Below, piece after piece: positions 38,383 to 50,273 of a stretch of DNA of 64,000 bases. The stretch's first letter is position 1. Each line of letters starts with the position of its first letter. Origin of the DNA: an uncultured Verrucomicrobiae bacterium (GTDB lineage: Bacteria; Verrucomicrobiota; Verrucomicrobiia; Chthoniobacterales; Chthoniobacteraceae); NCBI GenBank assembly GCA_963756185.1, contig CAVWMS010000001.1, forward strand, positions 11,038 to 75,037, given 5' to 3'. Below the pieces are notes generated by a model. That model worked only from the letters and a program-made list of their open reading frames with translations. It ran no database searches and was not told the origin of the DNA. A program made the translations under genes and the position numbers.

Positions 38383-38581
38383 AAAATCAGAACAGGCGAC
38401 TCACGAAAAACCGCGGGATCGGAGGTCAAAACGCAACCCTACTGGTTTTCGGAGCAGTTATTTCCAATCCAAATACTTACTCCGAATTTCGGAACAGCCT
38501 CGGGAGGGGCGCACCACATGGAGATGGACGAAGCCGGGCTTGCCCGCGCCTGATTACGGCATACCGTATCGAGGAATCAGT

Positions 38582-38812
38582 ATGATAAAGGAACACGATT
38601 GCGTTGTCTTGACCGTCGATCTGGCTGCCGAAGGGCTGGCCGCGGGCGATATCGGCACCGTCGTGCACGTCCACAAGGGCGGCGAAGGATACGAGGTTGA
38701 ATTCATGACGCTGGATGGCCAGACGGTGGCCGTTTCAACTCTGCTGGCCAACCAAGTGCGTCCTATTGCCCGGCGAGAAATCGCCCATGTCCGATCCCTT
38801 GCGGCAGCGTAA
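38582..38812 (+). CDS. Small DUF4926-like protein.
   Basis: MIKEHDCVVLTVDLAAEGLAAGDIGTVVHVHKGGEGYEVEF, about 77 aa. Start at the internal Met of the longer ORF. Confidence 0.5.
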   Translation: MIKEHDCVVLTVDLAAEGLAAGDIGTVVHVHKGGEGYEVEFMTLDGQTVAVSTLLANQVRPIARREIAHVRSLAAA

Positions 38813-38934
38813 GAGGCGCACGGAGTGCAATCGGAAGACGCTCCAAACGGCTAAGAATCGTTCCTGCCGCCTTTGGCGTTGATAAGGCGTTCGGCGGCGG
38901 TTAGGTTGGCGGTTTTGAACAGGGAAAAAAACTT

Positions 38935-40087
38935 ATGAGAATCGCTTCCGTCGCGCCGTTTCTTGGGATGCTGGCCGTGGGATTGCTGTCCGGCTGCAAC
39001 CAGTCCTCGACAAGCACCAACTCGACGCCGGCGCCGGATACCTGGAAGGTGGGCGAGTTTGCGTCGCTGACGGGAGGAAACGCCAGCTTCGGGCAGTCGT
39101 CGGACAAGGGGACGCGGATGGCCATCGACGAGATCAACGCGTCGGGCGGGGCGGGGGAAGAATATCGAGTTGATTACCGAGGACGACCGCTCGACGGCGG
39201 GCGAGCCCTCGACCATCATGCACAAGTTCATCTCGGAGGATCACGTCGTTGCGGTGCTGGGCGAGGTCGCTTCCTCGAAGTCGCTCGAGGCGGCGCCGAT
39301 CTGCCAGGAAAACCACATCCCGATGATCTCGCCGGCCTCGACCAACGCGAAAGTGACGCAGGTGGGCGATTACATTTTCCGGGTCTGCTTCATCGATCCC
39401 TTCCAGGGGAAGGTGATGGCGAAGTTCGCGCTGTCGAAGGGTTGGACCAAGGTCGCGATCCTGAGGGACGTGAAGCAGGACTACAGCGTGGGGCTGGCCG
39501 ATGCGTTTGAGAAATCGTTCACGGCCGGCGGAGGGACGATTGTGGCGAAGGAAGACTACAGCACGGGCGACAAGGATTTTCGGGCGCAACTGACGGCGAT
39601 CCAGGCGGCGAACCCGCAGGCGATCTTCGTGCCGGGCTATTATGCGGAAGTGGCGCTGATCGCGCGGCAGGCGCGGGAACTCGGCATCAAGGGGCCGCTG
39701 CTGGGCGGCGACGGATGGGTGGGCGAGTCGCTGCTGAAAGTGGCGGGCAACGCGCTGGACGGCAGCTTTTTCTCGAACCATTACTCGCAGGACGATCCGT
39801 CGCCGATCATCCAGAATTTTGTGAAGGCCTATCAAGCGAAGTATGGCGAAAAACCGGATGCGATGGCGGCGCTGGGGTATGACTCGGCGAAACTGCTGGC
39901 GGACGCCATCAGCCGGGCGGGGACGGCGGACGAACCGAAGCTGCGCAACGCGCTGGCTGAGACGCATGATTTCAAGGGCGTGACCGGCGACATCACGCTG
40001 GATGCGGACCGAAACGCCACGAAGGCGGCCGTGATCCTGACGATCGGCAACGGCGGCTTCCAATTCGTCCAACGCGTCGAGCCTTAA
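38935..40087 (+). pseudogene. livK: Branched-chain amino acid ABC transporter substrate-binding protein (LivK/LivJ-like) with one frameshift in a G-rich run near 39150-39165.
   Basis: A lipoprotein signal plus GEFASLTGGNASFGQ...AIDEINASGG is in frame 1. ...KNIELITEDDRSTAGEPSTIMHKFISEDHVVAVLGEV and onward is in frame 2. The junction falls in gggcggggcggggg. Confidence 0.6.
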
Positions 40088-40105
40088 AAGCCATCCGCGC
40101 AATCC

Positions 40106-41056
40106 GTGGCCGAATTCATCACGTTCCTCCAGCAGCTCATCAACGGCCTCTCGCTGGGGGCCATCTATGCGCTCATCGCGCTGGGGTACACGATGGTGTA
40201 TGGGGTGCTGCGGTTCATCAATTTCGCGCACGGGGACGTGTTCATGATCGGCGCGTTTACCGGGCTGTATGTCGCGCCGGTGGTGTTGAAGTTTTCCAAC
40301 GGCGGGCCGTCGTGGTACGGGGCGTTTGTGATTTTGATCACGGCGATGGTGGCATGCGCGATCCTGGGAATCGTGATCGAAAAGCTGGCCTACCGGCCGC
40401 TGCGCAACCGGCCGCGGCTGACGGTGCTCATTACCGCGATCGGCGTGTCGCTTTTTCTCGAGAATTTCGGGCAGTATATTTTCGGAGTCGACCCGCAGTA
40501 TTTTCCGGACCTGATCGGCGACCACGCGGTTGCGCTGCCGGCGTGGCTGGGGCCGCTGAACCACCTGGTCGTCATGGAGAGCCAGGTATTGGTCTTCGGC
40601 GTCACGCTGGCGCTGCTGGTGGTGCTGCGCTTCATCGTGATGAAGACGAAGCTGGGCACGGCGATGCGCGCGCTCTCGGTGAACCCGGTGGCCACGTCGC
40701 TGATGGGAGTGAACAATGACGTGGTCATATCGTTTACATTTGGGCTGGGCTCCGCGCTGGCGGGCGCGGCGGGGATTTTGATTTCGATCCAGCAGCCGTC
40801 CATCGATCCGCTGATGGGCTTGCAGCCGGGGATCAAGGCGTTCGTGGCCGCGGTGCTGGGCGGGATCGGGAACATCCCGGGCGCGGCGCTGGGCGGGATC
40901 CTGCTGGGGGTGATCGAGACGCTGGTGGTCGGGTACAGCGACCGGCTTCACATTCCCTCCGGTTACCGCGATGCGGTTGCTTTCCTGCTGCTGATCCTGA
41001 TCCTGCTCTTCAAGCCGAACGGCTTGCTGGGCCGCGTGGTGCGGGAGAAAGTTTGA
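40106..41056 (+). CDS. livH: Branched-chain amino acid ABC transporter permease.
   Basis: Typical LivH topology, ...GYTMVYGVLRFINFAHGDVFMIGAF... Confidence 0.85.
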   Translation: MAEFITFLQQLINGLSLGAIYALIALGYTMVYGVLRFINFAHGDVFMIGAFTGLYVAPVVLKFSNGGPSWYGAFVILITAMVACAILGIVIEKLAYRPLRNRPRLTVLITAIGVSLFLENFGQYIFGVDPQYFPDLIGDHAVALPAWLGPLNHLVVMESQVLVFGVTLALLVVLRFIVMKTKLGTAMRALSVNPVATSLMGVNNDVVISFTFGLGSALAGAAGILISIQQPSIDPLMGLQPGIKAFVAAVLGGIGNIPGAALGGILLGVIETLVVGYSDRLHIPSGYRDAVAFLLLILILLFKPNGLLGRVVREKV

Positions 41057-41057
41057 T

Positions 41058-42044
41058 ATGTTCGAGCGGCACAAGATCACGCTTCTGGCCGCGCTGGCCG
41101 CCATCTTCGCGATCTCGCGATTTTCGGGCCGGATTGACCCTTATTATTACCAGATCATTCTTTATATCGGGATCAATATCACCCTCGCAACAAGCCTTAA
41201 CCTGGTAAACGGGTATACGGGACAGTTTTCGCTCGGCCACGCCGGGTTCATGTCGGTGGGCGCTTATGCGGCGGCGTCGTTCAGCCTGTACGCCGCGGAG
41301 CCGTTGTTCGGGTTGATGAAGCCGCTCGGCCCGTTCGTTTCCTCGAGCGTTTTCTTCGGCATCGCATTGCTGCTGGGCGGGATCGCCGCGGGCATTACGG
41401 GGCTGCTCGTGGGCATTCCGTCGCTGCGGCTGAAAGGGGATTATCTTGCGATTGTGACGCTCGGGTTCGGCGAGATTATCAAGGTCGTGATTCAAAACGT
41501 TGACGCCCTGGGCGCGTCGCGCGGATTGTCGGTCGACTATGCATTTACCGATTTATTCTGGGTCTATGCCACCGCCGCGATCACGATTTACGTGGTGTTG
41601 AACCTGGTCAATTCAACTTATGGGCGCGGTTTCCTGATGGTGCGCGACGATGAGGTGGCGGCGGAGGCGATGGGCATCAACACGACCAAGTACAAGGTGC
41701 TGGCCTTTACGCTGGCGGCTTTCTTCGCGGGGATCGCCGGCGGCCTTTTCGCCTATCTCACGCAATTCATTACTCCGGACGGATTCAATTTTCTCAAATC
41801 GGTGGATATTGTGACGATGGTCATCCTGGGGGGAATGGGAAGCACGTGGGGCGTGGTGGTGGCGGCGATCCTGCTCACGATTCTTCCGGAATGGCTGCGC
41901 TGGGTTTCCGAGCGGCCCTTCCTGCCGCATTGGCTCGCGGGGCTGCTCGAAAACCGCATGATCCCCTATTCGCTGCTGCTGATCCTGCTGATGCTGCTGC
42001 GGCCGCAGGGGCTTTTTGGCGGCATCAGAAGGAAAACCGCATGA
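41058..42044 (+). CDS. livM: Branched-chain amino acid ABC transporter permease.
   Basis: ...NLVNGYTGQFSLGHAGFMSVGAY... Confidence 0.85.
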   Translation: MFERHKITLLAALAAIFAISRFSGRIDPYYYQIILYIGINITLATSLNLVNGYTGQFSLGHAGFMSVGAYAAASFSLYAAEPLFGLMKPLGPFVSSSVFFGIALLLGGIAAGITGLLVGIPSLRLKGDYLAIVTLGFGEIIKVVIQNVDALGASRGLSVDYAFTDLFWVYATAAITIYVVLNLVNSTYGRGFLMVRDDEVAAEAMGINTTKYKVLAFTLAAFFAGIAGGLFAYLTQFITPDGFNFLKSVDIVTMVILGGMGSTWGVVVAAILLTILPEWLRWVSERPFLPHWLAGLLENRMIPYSLLLILLMLLRPQGLFGGIRRKTA

Positions 42045-42826
42045 GCGAACCGGAACCGCTGCTCGATTTGCGCGACGTGACGGTCCGCTTCGGCGGCCTG
42101 AAGGCGGTGTCCGATTTCAATTTTTGCATCCGTCATCGCGAGCTGGTGGGGCTGATCGGGCCGAATGGCGCGGGCAAGACGACCATATTCAACCTGATCA
42201 CCGGTGTTTATCGTCCGACCGGCGGGTCGATCCTGTTCGAAGGCAAACCGGTGGCGGGAAAGAAGCCGTATCTCATCACCAAGCGGGGAATCGCGCGGAC
42301 GTTCCAGAACATCCGGCTGTTCTGTTCGATGTCGGTTTTCGACAATGTGCGCGCGGCGTGCAACATGCATTTGAAGCACGGAATCTCGCACGCGCTGTGG
42401 CGCGGGAAGGGCCTGGCGTCGGAGGAGGCGCGCATCGAGCAGGAGGCGAGGGAGTTGCTCGAGATCTTCCACCTGGACAAGGTCCGCGACGCCGCGTGCA
42501 CGAGCCTGCCGTACGGCGGGCAGCGGCGGCTGGAGATCGTGCGGGCGCTGGCCACGCGGCCGAAGTTGATATTGCTCGACGAGCCGGCCGCCGGGATGAA
42601 CCCGTCTGAGAAGACGGAATTGATGCAGTTGATCCGGTTCGTTCAGGAGAAATTCGAGATCGCGGTGTTATTGGTCGAGCACGACATGCGGGTGGTGATG
42701 GGGATATGCCAGCGGATCGCGGCGGTGGACTACGGAGTGAAAATCGCGGAGGGAAGCCCGGCGGAAATCAAGGCGAACCCGGCGGTGATTCGTGCGTATC
42801 TGGGGGTGGAGGAGGGTTGCGCATGA
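42041..42826 (+). CDS. livG: Branched-chain amino acid ABC transporter ATP-binding protein.
   Basis: Walker A GPNGAGKTT, LSYGGQRRLEI and Walker B LLDEPAAG. Start at MSEPEPLLDL. Confidence 0.85.
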   Translation: MSEPEPLLDLRDVTVRFGGLKAVSDFNFCIRHRELVGLIGPNGAGKTTIFNLITGVYRPTGGSILFEGKPVAGKKPYLITKRGIARTFQNIRLFCSMSVFDNVRAACNMHLKHGISHALWRGKGLASEEARIEQEARELLEIFHLDKVRDAACTSLPYGGQRRLEIVRALATRPKLILLDEPAAGMNPSEKTELMQLIRFVQEKFEIAVLLVEHDMRVVMGICQRIAAVDYGVKIAEGSPAEIKANPAVIRAYLGVEEGCA

Positions 42827-42894
42827 AGCCCTGCCCAATCTCAAGATTGGCATGCTTCCCGGATTCAGAGTAATCGAAGCTGGCGGCATGCCTG

Positions 42895-43365
42895 CACTTG
42901 CACTTTAACTTTCACTTGAACTCCCATGAACAAAGATCTGATTTTATTCGACCACGAGAAGCTGACGGTTTACGGGAAATCCTTGGAATTTGCCGCCTGG
43001 GTAACCGATATTCTCGAACTCATTCCCAATTCGCTCTCCGTCCGGGACCAATTGGACCGAGCGTCCACCTCGATGCCATTGAACATCGCGGAGGGCACTG
43101 GAAAATTCACCGTTCGGGACAAGTGCAGGTACTATGACTCGGCTCGAGGGTCCGCTCTCGAATGTGCCGCGTGCCTTGACGTTTTGGTTGTGAAGAAGAT
43201 CGTGGCTCCGGACCGTATTGGGCCTGGCAAGGAGCTCTTGCGTCCGATTGTTGCGATGCTTGTGGGTCTTATTAAGTCGATTTCACCGCGGAGGGTTTTC
43301 GGCAGTCCCGTGCGCCGGAGCAGCGAAGAGAAGTTCAAGTGAAAGTTAAGGAGTAAGCACAAGTG
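42895..43365 (+). mobile_element. IVS-like cassette: a four-helix-bundle (23S rRNA intervening-sequence protein family) gene bracketed by imperfect terminal inverted repeats, inserted between livG and livF.
   Basis: The left inverted repeat is CACTTGCACTTTAACTTTCACTTGAAC at 42895..42921. Its reverse complement matches GTTCAAGTGAAAGTTAAGGAGTAAGCACAAGTG at 43333..43365 (17/17 core identity). The CDS start and stop lie inside the inverted repeats. Confidence 0.4.
42926..43342 (+). CDS. Four-helix-bundle protein (23S rRNA IVS protein family).
   Basis: 138 aa. ...EFAAWVTDILELIPN...DQLDRASTSMPLNIAEGTGKFT...YYDSARGSALECAACLDVLV... is typical of this family. Confidence 0.65.
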   Translation: MNKDLILFDHEKLTVYGKSLEFAAWVTDILELIPNSLSVRDQLDRASTSMPLNIAEGTGKFTVRDKCRYYDSARGSALECAACLDVLVVKKIVAPDRIGPGKELLRPIVAMLVGLIKSISPRRVFGSPVRRSSEEKFK

Positions 43366-43376
43366 TAGCCGCGCCG

Positions 43377-44068
<692 letters not shown>

Positions 44069-44087
<19 letters not shown>

Positions 44088-45757
44088 GCGCCCGCGGCGG
44101 GCTGCGCCCGATGGCCGCAAAGGGAACCGGAGATTTGCCGCAGCGTGCCGCGCAGTTCATTCACATCGATCGGTTTCACGAGGTGCGCGGTGAAGCCGGC
44201 TTCCCTCGAGCGGCGAAGGTCCTCGTCCATTCCGTAGCCGCTGAGGGCGATGCCGCGCAAATGCTCGTGGATGGCGCGCAAATCCCTCATCAATTCGAGG
44301 CCGGTGCCATCGGGCAGGCCGAGGTCGGAAATGACAACGTCGAAATGGTCTGCCGCGGCGATTTCCCGGGCTTCGGCAACGGTCGCGGCATCGGTCACCG
44401 CATGCCCGGCGCGGATGAGCAGCCGGGTGAGCACCTGGCGCGTGGGGGTGTGATCCTCGACCACCAGCAGGCGCATCGGGCGGGCGGGGCGCGGCTGGAT
44501 GTTCAGTTCGCCGGCGACCGAGCCGTCGATGATGACGCCCTCGGGCGCCGGGCAGGCGGGGAGTTCCACCGTGAAAATCGAGCCGCGGCCCGGGCCGTCG
44601 CTTTTGGCGCCGATTGCGCCGCCGTGCATGTCGACGATGGCGCGCGCGATGGCGAGCCCCAGGCCGAGGCCGCCGCGCTGCGAGGTCTCGCGCGCCACAC
44701 CTTGCTCGAACGGCTCGAAGATTTTCCCGCTCACCGCCGCGTCGAACCCGGCGCCGTCGTCTTCCACGGCGATGCGGATGCGCCCCTGGCCGGGGGATAG
44801 GGCGCCCACGCAATCCTGCGAGCAAATGCAAATGTGGCCTCCCTCGGGGGTAAATTTCACGGCGTTGTGCAACAGGTTCCAGAACGCCTGCTGCAAACGG
44901 ACCGGATCGCCGAGGACACGGGTACGGAGCGCGGCGAGCTTGAGGGTAATGGTGATTTTCTTTTCGCGCGCCTCGTCGCGGACGATTTCGACCACCATGC
45001 CGATAATCGAGTGGGCGTCGCAGGGCTCCGAATGCAGGGTCAGCTTGCCGTGGGTGATGCGGGTGAGGTCGAGCAGATCGTCAATGAGGCGCGCTTCGAG
45101 CAGGACGTTGCGCTTGATCATTTCCAGCTCCGCCTTCACATCGGCTGGCAGGCGGTCGTCCTCGCGCAGCGCCGCCGCGGTCATCAATACCGGGGTGAGC
45201 GGGGTGCGCAGCTCATGGGAGAGCGCGGCGAGAAAGTTATCCTTCGCGCGGGAAGCGGCTTCCGCCTGCTCCTTGGCGTGACGCAGGTTCTCGTCGGCGC
45301 AGCGCTTCTCGGTGATGTCCCGGGCGATTTTCGACGCTCCGATGAGAGCCCCTTCGCTGTCGCGGACGGGCGAGACTGTGAGGGAGATCGGCACGCGGGC
45401 GCCATCCTTCCGCACGCGGATGGTTTCGTAATGGGAAATGCGCTCGCCGCTCTTGAGCTTTGAGAGGATGAGGGCTTCCTCATCCTTCAATTCCACCGGG
45501 ATCAATTTGAGGACCGGCTGGCCGATCATTTCGGCCGCCGAGTAACCGAAGATGCGCTGGGCGCCTTCATTCCAACTGGTGACGATCCCCTCGAGCGTCT
45601 TGCTGATGATCGCGTCATCGGAGGAGGCGACGATGGCGGCGAGATGCGCCTGCGCTTCGAGGAGGCGCCTGATGGTTTCCGGAGGCGCGCAGTTCGTGAG
45701 GGCGGGAGACACGTTCACGCGAACGTTTTCGGCGGGGGGTGGCGGATTGGACGCCAT
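44069..45757 (-). CDS. Hybrid sensor histidine kinase (PAS - HisKA - HATPase_c - REC).
   Basis: The PAS region is IISKTLEGIVTSWNEGAQRIFGY, the H-box is LSHELRTPLTPV, HATPase_c contains GGLGLGLAIAR, and the C-terminal REC region is LLVVEDH...DVVISDLGLPDGTG. Confidence 0.8.
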
Positions 45758-45855
45758 CCCAGGAGAATTTCTTGTCCGCGGCTGGGCGCGCGTACGAAGA
45801 ATTTTCGAAATTTTCCCACTTTGTCCGCCGGGCGAGCCGGGTTACATTCGGGGCC

Positions 45856-46266
45856 ATGGAGTTGATAAAGAAAAGATTCACGCTCGAGTACTGGCCGGAG
45901 AGCGGCTGGTTCGAGGGGCGCCTGCGCGAAATCCCGGAGGTGCTGAGCCAGGGACAGACCCGTGATGAACTGGAGGAGCACGTGCGCGAGGATTGCGCCG
46001 ACCTGTTGCTGGACGAGGAGTACGCACACGCGCACGGGTACGCCCACCTGGATGCGGCGGACATTCACAACGCCGAATTCAATTACGTAAAGCTGAACCG
46101 GTACCAGGCCGCGTGCGCGCAATTGCAGGCGCTTTCGCCGGATCGCGCCGAGAAAGTTTTTGCATACATCGAGGACCTCGTCGACCTCGAGGCGCTCGAG
46201 CGTCGCGCCGACGCCGAGGACGCGGCGCGCCGCAACGAGGAGCCGAGCGGCGAGGAAGAGTGGTAG
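45856..46266 (+). CDS. HicB-like (UPF0150) antitoxin-family protein. No adjacent HicA is evident.
   Basis: FTLEYWPESGWFEGRLREIPEVLSQGQTRDELEEHVREDCADLL followed by an acidic C-terminal tail. It ends 8 bp before the helicase start. Confidence 0.5.
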   Translation: MELIKKRFTLEYWPESGWFEGRLREIPEVLSQGQTRDELEEHVREDCADLLLDEEYAHAHGYAHLDAADIHNAEFNYVKLNRYQAACAQLQALSPDRAEKVFAYIEDLVDLEALERRADAEDAARRNEEPSGEEEW

Positions 46267-46273
46267 GCGGGCG

Positions 46274-48289
46274 ATGAGCCGCGAGTACACGCTGCACCGG
46301 CCGGCTGGCCCGGCGTTGCACATCGATTACGCCGGGCAGCTCAATCCGCAACAATACGAGGCCGTCACGGCGCCGCCGGGCCCGGCGCTGGTCATCGCCG
46401 GGGCGGGCAGCGGCAAGACGCGGACGCTGACCTACCGCGTGGCCTATCTCATCGAGAATGGCGTCAGCCCATCGAGTATCCTGCTGCTCACGTTTACCAA
46501 CAAGGCGGCGCGCGAGATGATCGAGCGCGTGACGAATTTGCTGCCGCATGACCTGGCGGGGCTCTGGAGCGGCACCTTCCATTCCGTGGGCAATCGCATT
46601 TTGCGCGCGCATTCGCAGGCGGCCGGGTTCCGGCCCGGGTTCTCGATCATGGACCGCGAGGACCAGGAGGACATGATCGAGGCGGTCATTGCCGCCGCCG
46701 GCATCGACACGAAGGACAAGCGTTTTCCCAAAGGCGGAGTGCTGGGGGATGTTTTTTCCTATGCGGTAAACACGAGCCAGCCGGTGGGCGAGGTGCTGGC
46801 GGAAAAATATCCCTACTTTGTCATGCTCGAATCGGAGATCGACTCGATGCGGCAAAAATACGAGCAGCGGAAACACTCGGCCAATTCGCTCGATTTCGAC
46901 GACCTGCTGGTGAAACCACTGCGGATGCTCGAGAGCACGCCGGCGGTCGCGGAGCATTACCAGAACAAGTTCCAGTTCATCCTGGTGGATGAGTACCAGG
47001 ACACGAACCGGATCCAGGCGGAGTTCATCGATATCCTGGCGGCGCGGCATCGAAACGTGATGGTGGTGGGAGACGACGCGCAGGCGATCTACTCCTGGCG
47101 CGGGGCCAATTTTCAAAACATCCTCGATTTTCCGAAGCGCTATCCCGGCGCGGTGGTGCACAAGATCGAAACCAACTACCGGAGCGTGCCCGAGGTGCTC
47201 GATGTCGCCAATGCGGCGATTGCCGGCAATGTGCGGCAGTTCCACAAGGAGCTGCGGGCATCGCGCGGGGGCGGGCACGTGAAGCCCGGGCTGGTGCCGC
47301 TGGCCGATGCGAACCAGCAGGCGCAATTCATCACGCAGCGCATCCTGGAATTGCGCGACGAAGGAATGGACCTCAACGAAATCGCCGTACTCTACCGCGC
47401 GCACTATCACTCGATGGAATTGCAGATGGAGTTGACGCGGCACGGCATTCCCTTTGCCATCACCAGCGGCCTGCGGTTTTTCGAGCAGGCGCACATCAAG
47501 GACGTGGCGGCGTTCCTGAAATTTGCCGTCAACCCGCGCGACGAGGTCGCATTCAAGCGGATGGCCCGGCTTTTGCCGGGCATCGGGGCGCGCTCGGCGG
47601 AGGATATTTGGGCAGCGGTCTTCGCGAAGCTGGGCGACGATCCCGCGCCGGAGGATGGGCCGCCGAGCTTCGAGTCCTTCCACAAATTGCTCTTCGAGCA
47701 GAAGACGCCGGCAAAGAGCCGCAAGGCGTGGCAGCAGCTCGTTTACACGCTGGATGAAATCGCGCCCGGCGGGCGGCCGCAACCGCCGGCGGAGATGATC
47801 GGCTCGGTCATCGAGGCCGCGTATGACGAGTATCTCAAGGCGAAATTTCCCAACTACGAGCAGCGGCGCGAGGACTTGCAGGTATTGCAAAACTACGCGC
47901 GCCAATATCGGAACGCCGCGGAGTTTCTGGACCAACTGGCGCTCGTCACGTCGCTCGAGAGCGAGGGGGAGCTGGGCACGCGCGACGAGGAGGATGAGAT
48001 GGTGAATTTGTCAACCGTCCACCAGGCGAAGGGCCTGGAATGGAAGGCGGTGTTCGTGATCTGGATGACGGAGGGGATGTTTCCCAGCTCGCGGTCGCTC
48101 GAGAGCAACGAGGCCATCGAAGAGGAGCGGCGGCTGTTCTACGTTGCGATCACCCGGGCGAAGGATGAACTCTATCTGACCTATCCGCTGATGAAATCGA
48201 ACGCGGGTTACGGTGAGATGTTTCAACGGCCCTCGCGTTTCCTGGGCGAGGTGCCGGCGGCGCTGATCGAGGAGTGGACGGTGAGGTAG
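46274..48289 (+). CDS. UvrD/PcrA/Rep-family ATP-dependent DNA helicase.
   Basis: Walker A AGAGSGKTRTL, VDEYQDTN, the QNYRS-like motif TNYRS and the C-terminal VHQAKGLEW. Confidence 0.85.
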   Translation: MSREYTLHRPAGPALHIDYAGQLNPQQYEAVTAPPGPALVIAGAGSGKTRTLTYRVAYLIENGVSPSSILLLTFTNKAAREMIERVTNLLPHDLAGLWSGTFHSVGNRILRAHSQAAGFRPGFSIMDREDQEDMIEAVIAAAGIDTKDKRFPKGGVLGDVFSYAVNTSQPVGEVLAEKYPYFVMLESEIDSMRQKYEQRKHSANSLDFDDLLVKPLRMLESTPAVAEHYQNKFQFILVDEYQDTNRIQAEFIDILAARHRNVMVVGDDAQAIYSWRGANFQNILDFPKRYPGAVVHKIETNYRSVPEVLDVANAAIAGNVRQFHKELRASRGGGHVKPGLVPLADANQQAQFITQRILELRDEGMDLNEIAVLYRAHYHSMELQMELTRHGIPFAITSGLRFFEQAHIKDVAAFLKFAVNPRDEVAFKRMARLLPGIGARSAEDIWAAVFAKLGDDPAPEDGPPSFESFHKLLFEQKTPAKSRKAWQQLVYTLDEIAPGGRPQPPAEMIGSVIEAAYDEYLKAKFPNYEQRREDLQVLQNYARQYRNAAEFLDQLALVTSLESEGELGTRDEEDEMVNLSTVHQAKGLEWKAVFVIWMTEGMFPSSRSLESNEAIEEERRLFYVAITRAKDELYLTYPLMKSNAGYGEMFQRPSRFLGEVPAALIEEWTVR

Positions 48290-48297
48290 CGGGCCGG

Positions 48298-49352
48298 CTA
48301 CTGGGTTGTTTCCCTGCCAGATTTCGGGCCCGAATCCACGAGGCCGGAGCGGGAGAAACCTTGAGGGGCAATCGAGGAGGTGAGCTTGTCCGGCTCCGAG
48401 CCCGGCAGATTCGCCATCAGAATGCTGCCCTTCATCAGGCGCCAGGCCTCGGAGCTGCCATGATCGGTTTCCTCGGCTATCGGCGGCGGGTTGATCGAAT
48501 GGGAGACGAGTTCCTCAGGCGCCTTCTCGAGCACGGGGGCGGTCCTGGCGAGGGTTGGCTCGATTTTCGCCGGCGCGGCACTTGCCAGCATGGCGGGGGC
48601 AGGGGACTCCGGCGCCGGCGATTGCGCGGGCTGCGGCGGCGCCAGGTTCTCTGGCGCGGGCGGCTCGTACCTGTGCATGTGGGGCAGCCTGTCCGGGATG
48701 ATGGAAACCACCGTGCCAATGGGCACGTCGTCGAAAACCTTGATGACATCCTTCGACCGCATGCGGATGCAGCCGTAGCTGACCGGCGTGCCGATGGTGC
48801 GCTCCTCCGGCGTGCCGTGGATATAAATGCCGCGGCTGCGCGCGTTCTGGTTTTGCGGTTCGAGGCCCTCGAGCCAGATCAGGCGGGTCACAATCGGGTC
48901 GCGTCCCGGGGCGTTCACGGGCAGGACCTCGCCGGTCGCGGAGCGATGACGGATCACGGCGCCCGGGCTCAGGTCCGCGCCGATCTTGTCGCACACGCGC
49001 AACTGGCCGAGCGGCGTCTTGAAGCTTCCATAATTGTCGCCGGTCCCGAATTTCAACGTCGAGACCGGGAAGCGCGCCACCAGTTCGCCGTCGCAGACGA
49101 TTGCCAGGCGTTGCTCGGGCACGCTGATGAGCACCTGGCATGGCGGGTCGGCGGGGGCGGGCAGCGGCGCGGGCGCATCCGCCGCGCCGGCCAGCGGCGC
49201 GAGAGCCAGCCATGCGCTCGCCAATGCGACCAGGGATTTGATCCAGTTTCGCCTCACGGGGGCCGCATTTAACCAAAAAACGCGGCCATGACAACCAAGA
49301 AGACGCTCGAAATATCGGGCCGTTTGCGCACATTGTGGCCGGAGATTCATCG

Positions 49353-49359
<7 letters not shown>
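48298..49359 (-). CDS. L,D-transpeptidase (YkuD domain) with an N-terminal signal and a Pro-rich linker.
   Basis: The catalytic region is ...GIYIHGTPEERTIGTPVSYGCIRMRSKDVIKVF... Signal region LVALASAWLALAPLAGAADA. The exact start is uncertain. Confidence 0.65.
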
Positions 49360-50269
<910 letters not shown>

Positions 50270-50273
<4 letters not shown>

